Shown here: positions 30,762 through 42,200 of the stretch, piece by piece
How positions within the stretch are numbered: position 1 is the first letter of the stretch
Layout: each line of letters starts with the position of its first letter
Assembly: GCA_002456995.1 (NCBI GenBank)
Contig: NTKC01000007.1
Location: forward strand, 18,705-82,704
DNA from: Candidatus Thioglobus sp. MED-G25
Lineage (GTDB): Bacteria; Pseudomonadota; Gammaproteobacteria; Arenicellales; UBA868
DNA: 64,000 nucleotides
Direction: 5' to 3'
The notes under the pieces: generated by a model
Database searches by the model: none
What the model saw: the letters and a program-made list of their open reading frames with translations, nothing else
Told to the model about the DNA's origin: nothing
Position numbers and translations under genes: made by a program

Positions 30762-32003
30762 ATGATCAAAAACGTCGCAATTCTGGGAGCAACTGGCTCT
30801 ATCGGTACCTCCGCGTTAGAGGTTATCGAAAAACATCCTGATCGATTTGCTATCTGGGGTTTGACGAGTCATACGCGTACAGAAAATTGCTGTGCACTGA
30901 TTAAGAAATTCGAGCCGAAGATGGTTGCAGTCTCTTCGGAGATGATGGGTGGTGTGGGTCGCTTTCTGACAGATGGTTTTGGTTCAGTAGAGTTACTAGA
31001 AGGTGATCAGGGTATCAACACGATAGCCTCTGCCGAAGAGGTTGATATAGTTATAGCTGGAATTGCCGGTGCCGCGGGGTTCGCTTCGACGGTATCTGCA
31101 ATCAGAGCAGGAAAGAAGGTCTTAATTGCGAACAAAGAGCCACTGGTCATGCTCGGTGGATTACTGCGAAAGCTGGTTGCGGAGTCCGGTGCTCAGATCG
31201 TACCCATCGATAGCGAGCACAATGCAATTTTCCAGTGTCTGCCCAAAGCTGCCCAAGTAGATTGCATGAGTGGCGGAATAGAGAAAGGTCAGGGATTACT
31301 GCAGCACGGTATTCGAGGAATAATTCTGACAGCGTCTGGTGGCCCTTTTCTAAACACACCACCGGAAGAAATGTCAGATATTACACCTGACCAGGCTGCT
31401 GCCCATCCTAGATGGACCATGGGGCGCAAGATTTCGATTGATTCAGCGACGATGATGAACAAAGGCCTAGAGATGATAGAGGCCTGTGTCCTTTTTGGTG
31501 TTAATCCTCAGAACGTTGAAGTGGTCATTCATCCAGAAAGTATTGTTCATTCCCTTGTGGAATACCTGGATGGGTCGATAGTGGCTCAGTTAGCAAACCC
31601 TGATATGCGTGTGCCAATTGCTGCAGCTCTGGCTGATCCGGAGCGTATTGAATCGGGTGTCGAACGATTAGATCTTGTTCGGGCGGGACAACTTAATTTT
31701 CAAAACCCTGATGATAGGAAGTTTCCTTGTCTTGCGATGGCTCGCCAGGTTGCAGAGGCTGGAGGCTCAGCACCGATCGTTCTGAATGCCGCGAACGAAG
31801 TTGCCGTAAACGGATTCTGTGAGGGTAGGCTACGATTTACCGATATTCCTGATTTTATCCAATGTGCGCTTGACAATTTTTGCGATCTGACCGTTGATGA
31901 TGTGGTCTCTATAACCCGGCTGGATCAATTGGTTCGTGAGACACTCCAAAACAGGTTAGACGCAGGCACCATTTCATTGCAGCAGATAGTCTCGGGATAC
32001 TGA
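30762..32003 (+). CDS. dxr: 1-deoxy-D-xylulose 5-phosphate reductoisomerase
   Basis: VAILGATGSIGTS, LIANKE, PIDSEHNAIFQ and ASGGPF. Confidence 0.95.
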   Translation: MIKNVAILGATGSIGTSALEVIEKHPDRFAIWGLTSHTRTENCCALIKKFEPKMVAVSSEMMGGVGRFLTDGFGSVELLEGDQGINTIASAEEVDIVIAGIAGAAGFASTVSAIRAGKKVLIANKEPLVMLGGLLRKLVAESGAQIVPIDSEHNAIFQCLPKAAQVDCMSGGIEKGQGLLQHGIRGIILTASGGPFLNTPPEEMSDITPDQAAAHPRWTMGRKISIDSATMMNKGLEMIEACVLFGVNPQNVEVVIHPESIVHSLVEYLDGSIVAQLANPDMRVPIAAALADPERIESGVERLDLVRAGQLNFQNPDDRKFPCLAMARQVAEAGGSAPIVLNAANEVAVNGFCEGRLRFTDIPDFIQCALDNFCDLTVDDVVSITRLDQLVRETLQNRLDAGTISLQQIVSGY

Positions 32004-32005
32004 TT

Positions 32006-33346
32006 ATGGCGGCTGTTGAAAATGCGGGCTGGTTCCTGGTTGCAGTGTTTATCCTGGTTACATTTCATGAATTAGGACATTTTAGTGTTGCGCGTCTTCT
32101 AGGTGTAGGCGTATCGAAATTTTCAGTCGGTTTCGGTAAGACACTGTATTCGTATCGGTCTCGGCGTTCCGGTACTGAATATGTGCTCGGCGTATTACCT
32201 TTCGGCGGGTATGTAAAATTTATCGATGAACGAGAGGATCATGTGGATCCTCGAGACTTGCCTAATGCATTTAACCGCCAAAAGCTGTGGGTCAGGGCGG
32301 CTATTGTAATTGCTGGTCCGGGTGCTAATTTTATATTAGCAATATTTTTCTACTGGCTAGTGTTCGGGATTGGCGTTCCAGGTGTTGAGCCAGTAATCGG
32401 CTATGTTGAACCTGGAAGTTCAGCAGAAGCAGTTGGATTACAACGCGGTGATCGGATAGCTCGCGTTAACGGTCGGAAAGTTGGTAGTTGGGGTGAGCAT
32501 CGTTACTATCTTTTGAACCAGGTTGAGGCTGGTAAAACGTTAACGTTCGCTATTGTGACACCTACCGGTCGGAACAAGACGGTTTCCATAGAATCCAGTA
32601 GATTGCAGTCGGGGCAGTTGAATCCGTTGGTTTTAGAGGAACAGATCGGGGTACTGCCACGATTAGCTCCCATTGTCGGGACCTTGATTGCAGGGGAAGT
32701 TGCAGATGCTTCAGGTATAAAAGTGAATGACCGATTTATGGTGGTTGACGGTATAACTATCAATGGGTGGCGGGATGTGGTCAAAACTATATCGTCCAGA
32801 CCGGAACAGGCGACTCGGGTATCTGTGCTCAGAAATGGATCACTAAAAACGATTGTCGTAGTTCCGAAAGCGATACATTCTTTGGATAGTGTCGTGGGTA
32901 GAATTGGTGTTGGGCCTGCCAATCATGTGGATGTGGTGGTTCGACTGGGTGCTGGCGAGGCTATAAATCGTGCTGTAGAGGCTACCTGGCTTCTGAGCAA
33001 ATTGACCGTCGGGATGATTGTTCAGATGGTCCAAGGCAAAGAATCAACCAAGAATATTGGTGGACCCTTGTCGATCGCAAAATATGCAGGTGCATCGGCT
33101 CAGTACGGCCTCACTGCTTTTCTGACGTTTTTGGCCATCCTGAGCATTAGTCTCGGGATTTTGAATCTATTACCCATTCCGGTTTTGGACGGAGGGCACC
33201 TAGTCTATTTTATTATCGAGGCTATAAAAGGTGGGCCGGTTTCAGAAGCATTTATGTATAGGTCTCAGCAGCTAGGATTCGCGGTTCTTGCTGTATTGAT
33301 CAGCTTTGCACTTTATAATGATGTGCTTAACATTTTCAAATTCTAG
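32006..33346 (+). CDS. rseP: Regulated intramembrane zinc metalloprotease RseP
   Basis: HELGH zinc motif at the N-terminus, central PDZ-like region and LNLLPIPVLDGGH. Confidence 0.9.
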   Translation: MAAVENAGWFLVAVFILVTFHELGHFSVARLLGVGVSKFSVGFGKTLYSYRSRRSGTEYVLGVLPFGGYVKFIDEREDHVDPRDLPNAFNRQKLWVRAAIVIAGPGANFILAIFFYWLVFGIGVPGVEPVIGYVEPGSSAEAVGLQRGDRIARVNGRKVGSWGEHRYYLLNQVEAGKTLTFAIVTPTGRNKTVSIESSRLQSGQLNPLVLEEQIGVLPRLAPIVGTLIAGEVADASGIKVNDRFMVVDGITINGWRDVVKTISSRPEQATRVSVLRNGSLKTIVVVPKAIHSLDSVVGRIGVGPANHVDVVVRLGAGEAINRAVEATWLLSKLTVGMIVQMVQGKESTKNIGGPLSIAKYAGASAQYGLTAFLTFLAILSISLGILNLLPIPVLDGGHLVYFIIEAIKGGPVSEAFMYRSQQLGFAVLAVLISFALYNDVLNIFKF

Positions 33347-33351
33347 GAACA

Positions 33352-35649
33352 ATGAAACTCGGCCGGTTATGTAGAGCACTTTGTGTGACTGCACTCGTTA
33401 TCCTTAGTGGACCAGTGCAGGCGCTTGATCCCTTCGAGCTCGAAGATATTCGCGTCGAGGGGGCTCAAAGGATTGAGGTTGGCACGATCTTTAACTACCT
33501 CCCAGTCAAAGTCGGAGATCAGATAACCGACGAGACAGCTCGAGAATCAGTGCGTATTCTGTTTTCGACTGGATTTTTCAATGATGTTCAGCTTAAGCGG
33601 GACGGGAATACGCTTATAGTTGTGGTTAGTGAGCGGCCCTCAATCGCTTCGATAGAGTATTTGGGGAACAAAGATATTCGAGATGAAGAGATTGAAGAGA
33701 CTCTTCATTCAGTCGGATTCGTCGATGGTAAGGTCTTCAGCCAGCCAATACTCGACAAGCTATTGAAAATCCTGCGTGAAAGATATTTTTCTCGAGGCCG
33801 TTACTCCGCCACTATAGATGCGACCGTAACGCCATTAGATGCCAGTAGGGTGCGCATTCGACTCCAGATCGACGAAGGCCGCGTGGCCCGAATTGAGAAA
33901 CTGAGGATTGTTGGTAACAATAAGTTCAGTGATCGGGAACTTTTCAAATTACTTGAGCTCCGACAAGATTCCTTACTGGGTTTTCTTTCATCAAAGAGAA
34001 ACTACTCAATTGAAAAGCTGAGTGCCTCGCTGGAGGCGTTGACAAGTTTCTATTTGGATCGTGGATACATCAATTTTGAAATTGATTCTCATGATGTTGC
34101 GATCAGCCAGAACAAGCAAGATATATTCGTAACCATTTCGATAACCGAAGGTGAGCCTTACGCGTTTGGCAAAGTCGAGCTGGATGACACTCAACAGTAT
34201 ATAACTAAAGAAGATTTTAATGCGGTACGACCGCATTCTGGTGAACCGTTTTCTCGCCACCAGGTGTTGTTAGCAAGATCAGCACTGGAGTCAAAACTTA
34301 CTAACATCGGATTCGCATTTTGCAGTGTGAATGCAGTGCCAGAATTAGACAACGAGCGTAAACTTGTTGACTTCACATTTGTTGTTGATCCTGGTCCTAA
34401 AGTTTACGTCAGACAGGTCAATGTCCGCGGAAATCAGTCCACGCGAGATGAGGTTATCCGTCGGGAAATGCGACAGATCGAGGGAGCTGTTTATTCCGCG
34501 AAAGATATTCGACGATCCCGTGAGCGAATTCAGCGCTTGGGGTACTTTGATGAGGTCAAGATAGAAACACCGGCCGTGCCGGGTACTCTTGATCAGGTCG
34601 ATATTAATGTTACGGTCCAAGAACGATCAACCGGTAGCTTCATGTTCGGGGTCGGATATGCGGGCGCGGACGGCGTCTTACTACAGGCAGAGATTAATCG
34701 GGAAAATCTTTTCGGTTCTGGCCGAGAGTTAAAATTCAAGGTCAACCAATCCTCGATTGAGCAGGTATACGAAGTGGCCTATACGAACCCTTACTTCACA
34801 AAAGAAGGCATAAGTCTGGGCTATTTTGTCGAGTATGAAAATATTGATACGGCTGAGACGACCAGTGCAGACTATGAATCTAATAGTAGTCTATTCGGCG
34901 TACGGACAAAGATACCTGTATCGGAATTCAACTCTCTAGACTTAAGTCTTGGTTTTGAGCAACTTGAACTAGAGGGCACCACAACCACACCAACTGAATA
35001 CAGTTTATTTATCACTGACCACCCCAGCAGTGAAAATCTAATTTTGTCGGGCGGTGTCACAAAGGATACCAGGGACAGCATATTTTTTCCCCAGAAAGGG
35101 TATCTACGACGGGCTCTGTTCGCGTTTACTGGTCCTGGCAGTGACCTAGAATATTATAAAGTGACCCTCCGTGGCCGGTGGTATAGGCCTTTAGGAGATA
35201 ATCTGACTTTGAATATACGCGGTGTGGCTGGTTATGGAGATGGGTATGGTGATCTCGACGAGTTGCCGTTTTTCAGAAATTATTATGTCGGGGGAACTGG
35301 GACGGTACGGGGCTATAGCCCACGTTCTCTTGGCCCTCGGGCAAGCGACAGCTTGGATGACTCCTTGGGGGGAAGTAAAAGGATAAACGCTACAACAGAA
35401 TTGTATTTCCCGGTGCCGGGGCTAGATGATTCTAAAAATCAGCGGCTTAGTTTTTTCATCGATGCGGGCCAGGTTTACGGTTCAAATCAGAGTATTGATC
35501 TAGCACAACTACGTTACTCGACCGGTATCACCTTCCATTGGTTTACCGCAGTCGGACCTATGTCGTTGTCGTATGCAATGCCGTTTAATGACGAGTCAAC
35601 TGACGATATTAAAAAACTTCAGTTTACCCTAGGCAGCATGTACCGGTAG
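33352..35649 (+). CDS. bamA: Outer membrane protein assembly factor BamA
   Basis: Signal peptide (ALCVTALVILSGPVQA), POTRA repeats (IRVEGAQRIEVGTIFNYLPVKVGD...), the RGY motif VRGYSPRSLGP and a C-terminal beta-barrel. Lies after rseP. Confidence 0.9.
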   Translation: MKLGRLCRALCVTALVILSGPVQALDPFELEDIRVEGAQRIEVGTIFNYLPVKVGDQITDETARESVRILFSTGFFNDVQLKRDGNTLIVVVSERPSIASIEYLGNKDIRDEEIEETLHSVGFVDGKVFSQPILDKLLKILRERYFSRGRYSATIDATVTPLDASRVRIRLQIDEGRVARIEKLRIVGNNKFSDRELFKLLELRQDSLLGFLSSKRNYSIEKLSASLEALTSFYLDRGYINFEIDSHDVAISQNKQDIFVTISITEGEPYAFGKVELDDTQQYITKEDFNAVRPHSGEPFSRHQVLLARSALESKLTNIGFAFCSVNAVPELDNERKLVDFTFVVDPGPKVYVRQVNVRGNQSTRDEVIRREMRQIEGAVYSAKDIRRSRERIQRLGYFDEVKIETPAVPGTLDQVDINVTVQERSTGSFMFGVGYAGADGVLLQAEINRENLFGSGRELKFKVNQSSIEQVYEVAYTNPYFTKEGISLGYFVEYENIDTAETTSADYESNSSLFGVRTKIPVSEFNSLDLSLGFEQLELEGTTTTPTEYSLFITDHPSSENLILSGGVTKDTRDSIFFPQKGYLRRALFAFTGPGSDLEYYKVTLRGRWYRPLGDNLTLNIRGVAGYGDGYGDLDELPFFRNYYVGGTGTVRGYSPRSLGPRASDSLDDSLGGSKRINATTELYFPVPGLDDSKNQRLSFFIDAGQVYGSNQSIDLAQLRYSTGITFHWFTAVGPMSLSYAMPFNDESTDDIKKLQFTLGSMYR

Positions 35650-35660
35650 CGAGGACAAAG

Positions 35661-36185
35661 TTGATTCTAAGAACGATCAAAATTGCCACACTGAGTTTGC
35701 TGTTTGTCACTTCTGGCCAGTCGCTTTTGCAGAGCAGTCACGCGGATCAGCAACAACTCAAGATTGGGTTTGTTAACCCTGTTAAATTGCTCGAACTATC
35801 ACCGCAGGGGGAAAAAGCTTTGCGGTTGTTAGAAGAGGAGTTCCGGCCGAGAGATCAAGAATTGATCGACCTTCGAGAAAAGGCTTTAGCACTGGAAGTG
35901 GATCTGGATAAGAATCGACTAGTCCTCCAGGCATCTGAAATCAAAAAAAAGCAAAGAGCTATCGATAGCATTAGACGGAAAGTAAAAAGAGATCAGCAAG
36001 AGGCTCGGGAAGACTACAACATTCGTAGAAACGAAGAACTCGCCAAGCTGCAGCGACTGGTTCGCGAAATGATCGTCACAATTGCGAATGAAGAGGGGTT
36101 CGATTTAATAGTTGAACAGGCTGTTTATGTCAATAATAGAATAGACTTGACTGAACGGGTATTACAGAGACTCCAAAAAGAATGA
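35661..36185 (+). CDS. skp: Periplasmic chaperone Skp (OmpH)
   Basis: Signal peptide, then a coiled-coil, Lys/Glu/Gln-rich 174-aa protein with KIGFVNPVKLL (Skp N-terminal strand). Lies directly after bamA. TTG start. Confidence 0.8.
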   Translation: MILRTIKIATLSLLFVTSGQSLLQSSHADQQQLKIGFVNPVKLLELSPQGEKALRLLEEEFRPRDQELIDLREKALALEVDLDKNRLVLQASEIKKKQRAIDSIRRKVKRDQQEAREDYNIRRNEELAKLQRLVREMIVTIANEEGFDLIVEQAVYVNNRIDLTERVLQRLQKE

Positions 36186-36255
36186 CCCACTCGTTGTTAC
36201 GCAACTTGAACTAACATAGATGTCAATTTATTCATTAACAGGCCGGTAATTTCAT

Positions 36256-36702
36256 TTGACTGTACTAGATATTAACCAGATTCGGGAAATACTCCCCCAC
36301 CGTTATCCGTTTCTGCTTATCGACAGAGTTACGCAGGTGGTTGATGGAAAAAGTTTAACGGCGGTTAAAAACGTAACGATAAACGAACCTATTTTTACAG
36401 GACATTTTGAGCATCGGCCAATTTTCCCCGGCGTTTTGATGATCGAATGTATCGCTCAAGCATCTGCATTATTGGCGAGTCTCATTCTAGATGCCACGGC
36501 AAACCGACAGCGTCTTTATCTTTTTGCAGGAGTCGACCGTGCCAGATTTAAGAAGATCGTTGAACCTGGTGATCAGATGTGTATAGATGTTGAGCTAAAG
36601 AATCATAAACAGCAAGTATGGCGTTGCGCTGGAACAATTACGGTAGATGGTGTTCTGGCATGTAGCGCTGAGATACTTTTTACCCACAAGGACTTGTCTT
36701 GA
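36256..36702 (+). CDS. fabZ: 3-hydroxyacyl-ACP dehydratase
   Basis: ILPHRYPFLLIDRV and FTGHFEHRPIFPGVLMIE (hot-dog fold active site). TTG start. Confidence 0.95.
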   Translation: MTVLDINQIREILPHRYPFLLIDRVTQVVDGKSLTAVKNVTINEPIFTGHFEHRPIFPGVLMIECIAQASALLASLILDATANRQRLYLFAGVDRARFKKIVEPGDQMCIDVELKNHKQQVWRCAGTITVDGVLACSAEILFTHKDLS

Positions 36703-37469
36703 TCGATCAGCGCGCATCAGTAGCGCAGGGAGCAACTATTGGCAAAAACGTTTCGATCGGTGCTTTTTCTATTATCGAGCAAGAAGTTGAGATTGGCGAC
36801 GATACATGGATTGGTTCGCATGTTGTCATTCGGAATGGAACAAAAATCGGTTCCTGTAATAAAATCTATCAATTTTCGTCGATAGGAGAAGATCCACAGT
36901 TCGCAGCTTATAAAGGAGAGAAAACTTCGTTGATCGTAGGCAACGGGAATGTTATCCGGGAGTATGTGACGTTAAACCGTGGTTCACCAGCAGGAACTGG
37001 TGTAACGCAAATCGGCGATAACAATTTTTTGATGGCCTACGTGCATATTGCACATGATAGCCGGTTAGGCGACGGCATTACATTCGCTAATGGTGCAAGT
37101 CTTGCCGGGCATGTAGAGATAGGAGACTGTGCAATACTGGGTGGTTTCACACTGGTACACCAATTTTGTCGGGTTGGTGCTCATGCCATTACGGGCATAG
37201 GCACCGTTTGTCTTAAGGATACACCCCCATTCCTGATGGTGTCTGGGAACCCTGCAAAGCCCTACGGCATAAACAGCAAGGGACTGCGACGACGAGGTTT
37301 CGGCGAGGATGTCGTATCAGCGATTAAGTCTGGTTATCGCTGTCTTTATCGATCAAACAATGATTTACAGACAGCTATCGAGGAACTTCAGTCACTAGGT
37401 ACAACGCAAAAAGAAGTAGAACAACTTGCGTCATTCGTCATGACTTCAGATCGAGGTATTGTTCGTTAG
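36699..37469 (+). CDS. lpxA: Acyl-ACP--UDP-N-acetylglucosamine O-acyltransferase
   Basis: N-terminus MIDQRASVAQGATIG and hexapeptide repeats. The TTG start overlaps the fabZ stop (CTTGA). Confidence 0.9.
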   Translation: MIDQRASVAQGATIGKNVSIGAFSIIEQEVEIGDDTWIGSHVVIRNGTKIGSCNKIYQFSSIGEDPQFAAYKGEKTSLIVGNGNVIREYVTLNRGSPAGTGVTQIGDNNFLMAYVHIAHDSRLGDGITFANGASLAGHVEIGDCAILGGFTLVHQFCRVGAHAITGIGTVCLKDTPPFLMVSGNPAKPYGINSKGLRRRGFGEDVVSAIKSGYRCLYRSNNDLQTAIEELQSLGTTQKEVEQLASFVMTSDRGIVR

Positions 37470-37493
37470 AGGGAACTAGAGGGAGCGGTAATA

Positions 37494-38630
37494 ATGCATG
37501 TCGCTGTGGTGGCCGGTGAAACTTCTGGGGATCAACTAGGTAGCGGTGTCCTGGCTTCTCTACGTGGTTTGGTTGGAAATCTGAGGGTCACCGGGGTCGG
37601 TGGGAACGCCATGGCGACACAAGGCCTTGAGTCGCTGCATGCCATGGAAGATATCTCCTTGATGGGGCTCGACGGAGTCACAGAAAAGCTTTTAAGGGCC
37701 ATTCGAATTCGTAGATCACTTTTCAATACGTTTTTAGATGACCCACCTGACGTATTCCTAGGTATTGATATACCCGATTTTAATATATCGCTAGAACAAA
37801 GATTGAAAGCTCACCGGATACCTACCGCGCATCTAGTAAGTCCCACGGTATGGGCATGGCGGTCGTACAGGATTCGGAAGATTAGAAGAGCCGTTGACCG
37901 AATGATGGTGTTGTTTCCTTTCGAGGAGACTTTTTATAGATCACAGGGAGTGTCGGCAAAGTTCGTTGGCCATCCTGCTGCAGATGAAATCGAACAGATC
38001 ACTAGGAAGCAAGCGCGAGAAAAGTTCACTGGAGAAGGTGTACAAGTTGATCGTACAACTATCGCTCTCCTGCCGGGAAGCAGGCGATCGGAAATAGATA
38101 ACCTGGGTAGACTGTTCCTTGAAACTGCAGAACGGATCACACAAGTCAACTCCGATATACAGTTTATTCTGCCAGTTGCGAGTACGTCTGTTGTTGAGCA
38201 GCTTCGAGATCTTGTGGATGAGTACAAAGGAGTCTCGAATGTTTTTTTGACTGAGCAGAATGCAAGGCTTGCTATTGCAGCTGCCGATGTGGGTCTCATC
38301 GCATCTGGCACCGCTGCGCTTGAAGCTGCGCTCCTGGCTAGGCCGATGGTCGTAGCCTATAAGGTCTCGCGGTTGTCATATCTGCTGGCAAGGTTGTTCG
38401 CTAAGGTGCGACATGTTTCGATGCCCAACCATCTTACTGAGCAGCCCATGGTCAAAGAATTTCTTCAAGGCAATGCCAACGTAGAAAATCTGAGCGGTGA
38501 GATTCAACGTCTATTAACTGACCGTCTTTATCGAGAACAAATTGAACACGCTTTTCAAGGTCTTACAGGGATGCTTCGCAACAATGCGAGCGATACGATC
38601 GCGAAAGAGTTGGTGTATATGACAGACTAG
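37494..38630 (+). CDS. lpxB: Lipid-A-disaccharide synthase
   Basis: VAGETSGDQLG N-terminal motif, LLPGSRRSEI and GTAALEAALLARPMVVAYK. Confidence 0.9.
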   Translation: MHVAVVAGETSGDQLGSGVLASLRGLVGNLRVTGVGGNAMATQGLESLHAMEDISLMGLDGVTEKLLRAIRIRRSLFNTFLDDPPDVFLGIDIPDFNISLEQRLKAHRIPTAHLVSPTVWAWRSYRIRKIRRAVDRMMVLFPFEETFYRSQGVSAKFVGHPAADEIEQITRKQAREKFTGEGVQVDRTTIALLPGSRRSEIDNLGRLFLETAERITQVNSDIQFILPVASTSVVEQLRDLVDEYKGVSNVFLTEQNARLAIAAADVGLIASGTAALEAALLARPMVVAYKVSRLSYLLARLFAKVRHVSMPNHLTEQPMVKEFLQGNANVENLSGEIQRLLTDRLYREQIEHAFQGLTGMLRNNASDTIAKELVYMTD

Positions 38631-38634
38631 ACGT

Positions 38635-39216
38635 GTGAGTGCTACAGATCTTAAGGGGGGTGTTGATGAAGTGGGAAGAGGCCCTTTAGCCGGTCCAGTT
38701 GTCGCGGCAGCGGTTGTATTCGAACAAGGAGTGCACCTGGAGGGGATACGGGACTCAAAGAGGGTTCCGGCGCGTCAAAGGCGGGAGTTATCTGATCTGA
38801 TTCGCCGCAGGGCGGTTTCTTGGGCGATAGGCGCTGCGACTGTTGCTGAAGTGGATCAATACAATATCCATCAGGCGACATTGCTGGCCATGCGGCGAGC
38901 GGTTTATGGGTTGAATGTGGCTCCAACGTATTTGTATGTTGATGGTACTGTGTACCCAGACGTCCGTTGCCCGGGTAAAGCTGTGGTGCGAGCCGATCAA
39001 AGCATTCACGTGGTGGCAGCAGCATCAATACTGGCAAAGGTAGCAAGAGACAGTGTCATGGTAGCAATGAGTAAAGAATATCCCGGCTATGGCTTTGAGA
39101 GACATAAGGGGTATCCAACTTCCTTGCACCTGGATACGCTAGGTCGGTTGGGTCCCTGTGCGATTCATCGGACCAGTTACCGACCGGTAAGAACACTATT
39201 GGAAGGACAGGACTGA
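38635..39216 (+). CDS. rnhB: Ribonuclease HII
   Basis: GVDEVGRGPLAGPVVAAAV, DSKRV and HKGYPT. GTG start. Confidence 0.95.
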   Translation: MSATDLKGGVDEVGRGPLAGPVVAAAVVFEQGVHLEGIRDSKRVPARQRRELSDLIRRRAVSWAIGAATVAEVDQYNIHQATLLAMRRAVYGLNVAPTYLYVDGTVYPDVRCPGKAVVRADQSIHVVAAASILAKVARDSVMVAMSKEYPGYGFERHKGYPTSLHLDTLGRLGPCAIHRTSYRPVRTLLEGQD

Positions 39217-39222
39217 CCGCGA

Positions 39223-42200
39223 TTGCTTACTCGACCAATGATTAAGACAGCATTTCTTCACCTAGATGTGCACACCGAGTATTCACTTGGCGACAGTATT
39301 GTCCGGGTGAAGGAATTGGTTGAAACGGCGAAATCGATGTCGATGCCTGCAGTCGCGATGACGGACCTATCAAATCTATACGGGGGTATTAAATTTATCC
39401 GTGCTTGTATCGATCATGGTGTCAAGCCGTTGCTTGGGGTCGATGTTGAGGTTGTCGAAAACAATGGCATGCCACAAGGACGTCTTATTCTACTTTGCCG
39501 AAATAATGCCGGGTATCAACATGTTTGTGAGTTGCTGACGAATGCTTATACGCTTGATGCAGATTCTGCAACGGTGACAATCGAGTTTAGCGAATTAAGT
39601 AAAGGCTGCGGCGATCTTATAGCAATCTCGCCAAGTATAGACGGTGCCATTGGCAAACTGCTGTGCTCAGGAAAGTCAGATCAGGCACAAGTGATTGCCG
39701 ATAGATTTTCTCAAATGTTTCCCGATGCTTTCTATCTGGAAATAACTAGGACGAACCGACGGGGCGAAGAAGAGTATGAATCGAAAGTCCTGCAACTAGC
39801 ATCCGAGCGAAAAATACCACTCGTTGCGGGCAATGCTGTCCGTTTTTTGAATCGCGATGACTTTACCGGGCATGATATTCGCGTATGTATTGATGAAGGT
39901 AATGTACTGCAAGATCCCCGACGTGTAAGGCGCTATACCGACCAGCAGTATTTTAAAAGTCCGCTGGAAATGGCTGCCCTGTTTGATGATGTTCCATCTG
40001 CTCTTGAAAATACATTGGAAATTGCGAAGAGATGTAATGTCTTTCTCGAAATGGGCAAAACCTATATGCCGTTGTACCCATCTGTGAAGCACAAGTCAGA
40101 AGACGAAATGCTAAAGGAAGCTACCGAAACCGGTCTAAAGCACAGATTTGTGCAACATGAAATAAAAGATACGGACCACAGTCACTACACGAAGCGGTTG
40201 CATACTGAGCTAGAAACAATCATGCAGATGGGATTTTCTGGCTATTTTTTGATTGTTGCAGATTTCGTAAAATGGGCAAAAGAAAATGAGATTCCTGTTG
40301 GCCCAGGTCGGGGCTCTGGAGCTGGATCTTTAGCTGCTTACTCATTGGAGATAACAGCTCTCGACCCGATTCGTTATGGGCTTTTGTTTGAGCGCTTTCT
40401 CAACCCGGAACGGGTTTCCTTGCCAGATTTTGATATTGATTTTTGTATGTACGGGCGTGACAGGGTTATAGAGTATGTCAGCCAGAAATATGGTAGAGAC
40501 CGCGTTGCTCAGATCATCACCTATAACACTCTGGCTGCCAGGGCTGTCGTTCGAGACGTCGGCCGTGTGATGAGTCAGCCATATGGGTTTTGCGATACCC
40601 TGGCGAAGATGATTCCTTTTGAGGTCGGTATGACTCTCGACAAGGCTCTGGGCCAGGATGAAGGTCTAAAGGAAAGATACCGTGAGGATCCTGATGTTAC
40701 CCAGTTGATTGACAACGCAAAACTGCTCGAAGGGCTCCCGCGCAATGCTGGGAAACATGCGGGCGGTCTGGTTATTGCACCTGGCCCAATTACTCGATAC
40801 ACCCCTTTGTATCAGGAACCAGGAATGAGTCAGCCTGTAACTCAATTCGATAAGGACGACCTGGAGGCAATCGGGCTCGTAAAATTCGACTTTCTGGGGT
40901 TAAGAACCTTAACGGTCATTGACTGGACAGTAAAAAATATTAATCGTAAGCAATCAGCAGCAGGTCTTGAGCTAATCGATATCGAGCAACTTGCCCTGGG
41001 TGATTCAAAAGTCTATTCGCTTATCTGCACGGGTTATACAACCGGATTATTTCAGCTTGAATCCAGAGGCATGCAGGAGTTAATCCAAAGATTAAGGCCA
41101 GATCATTTTGACGAACTAATTGCCTTGGTGGCTTTGTTTAGGCCAGGACCGCTTCAATCCGGAATGGTTGACGACTTTATCAGCAGAAAACATGGTCATG
41201 AAGAAATTCGTTATCCCCATCCGACTCTCCTCGAGATCCTAAAGCCAACATACGGAGTGATTCTCTACCAAGAACAGGTAATGGAGATTGCTCGTGTTTT
41301 ATCTGGTTACACACTTGGATCAGCCGACTTGCTACGACGGGCGATGGGAAAGAAAAAACCAGCAGAGATGCGTGAACAACGCCAGTCGTTTATTGACGGC
41401 GCTGCTGAGAGACAGGTTGATCGGGAGAATGCAGCATACATTTTTGACTTAATCGAAAAATTTGCAGGTTACGGATTCAATAAATCTCATTCAGCGGCTT
41501 ACGCACTTCTGAGCTATCAGACGGCGTGGCTCAAGACACATTACCCATCGGAGTTTATGGCGGCTTGTATGTCTGCAGATATGGAGCATACGGACAAGCT
41601 TGTTGTGCTTGTTAGTGAAACAAAGCGGATGGGGATACGGTTACGTGCCCCGGATATAAACCAGTCCGGTTATGAGTTTAAAGTCGACGAGGATGAGTCT
41701 ATTCGTTATGGACTTGGCGCCATTAAAGGCATCGGTGAGCGTGCAATCGACTCTTTGTTGCATGAGCGACACACTGATGGCGAATTCAATGATTTGCACT
41801 CGTTGTGCCGAAGAGTGGACCAACATCGTATTAACAAAAAGGTGTTCGAAGGATTGATTATGTCCGGGTCTTTGGATTGTCTGGGTTCGAGCAGAGCCAC
41901 ACATTGGGCAAAGCTGCCCCAGACCATCGAACTGGTTGATCAAATAACTGAAGATCAGTCTTCTGGACAAGATGACATGTTCGGCCTCGAGTCAAGTGCA
42001 GTGAACGGTGATCTGTCCGTATCGGTGCCAGATTGGTCCCCAAGGAAAGCACTAGAGAATGAAAGGCAAGCGTTGGGACTATATCTAAGCGGACATCCCA
42101 TCGATCATGTGCATGATCAACTCGACGGCCTGATAACTGGAATGATCTCTGAGACTAACCCAACCCCAGAGAGAAGAATATACTTAGCTGGGCTGGGTTC

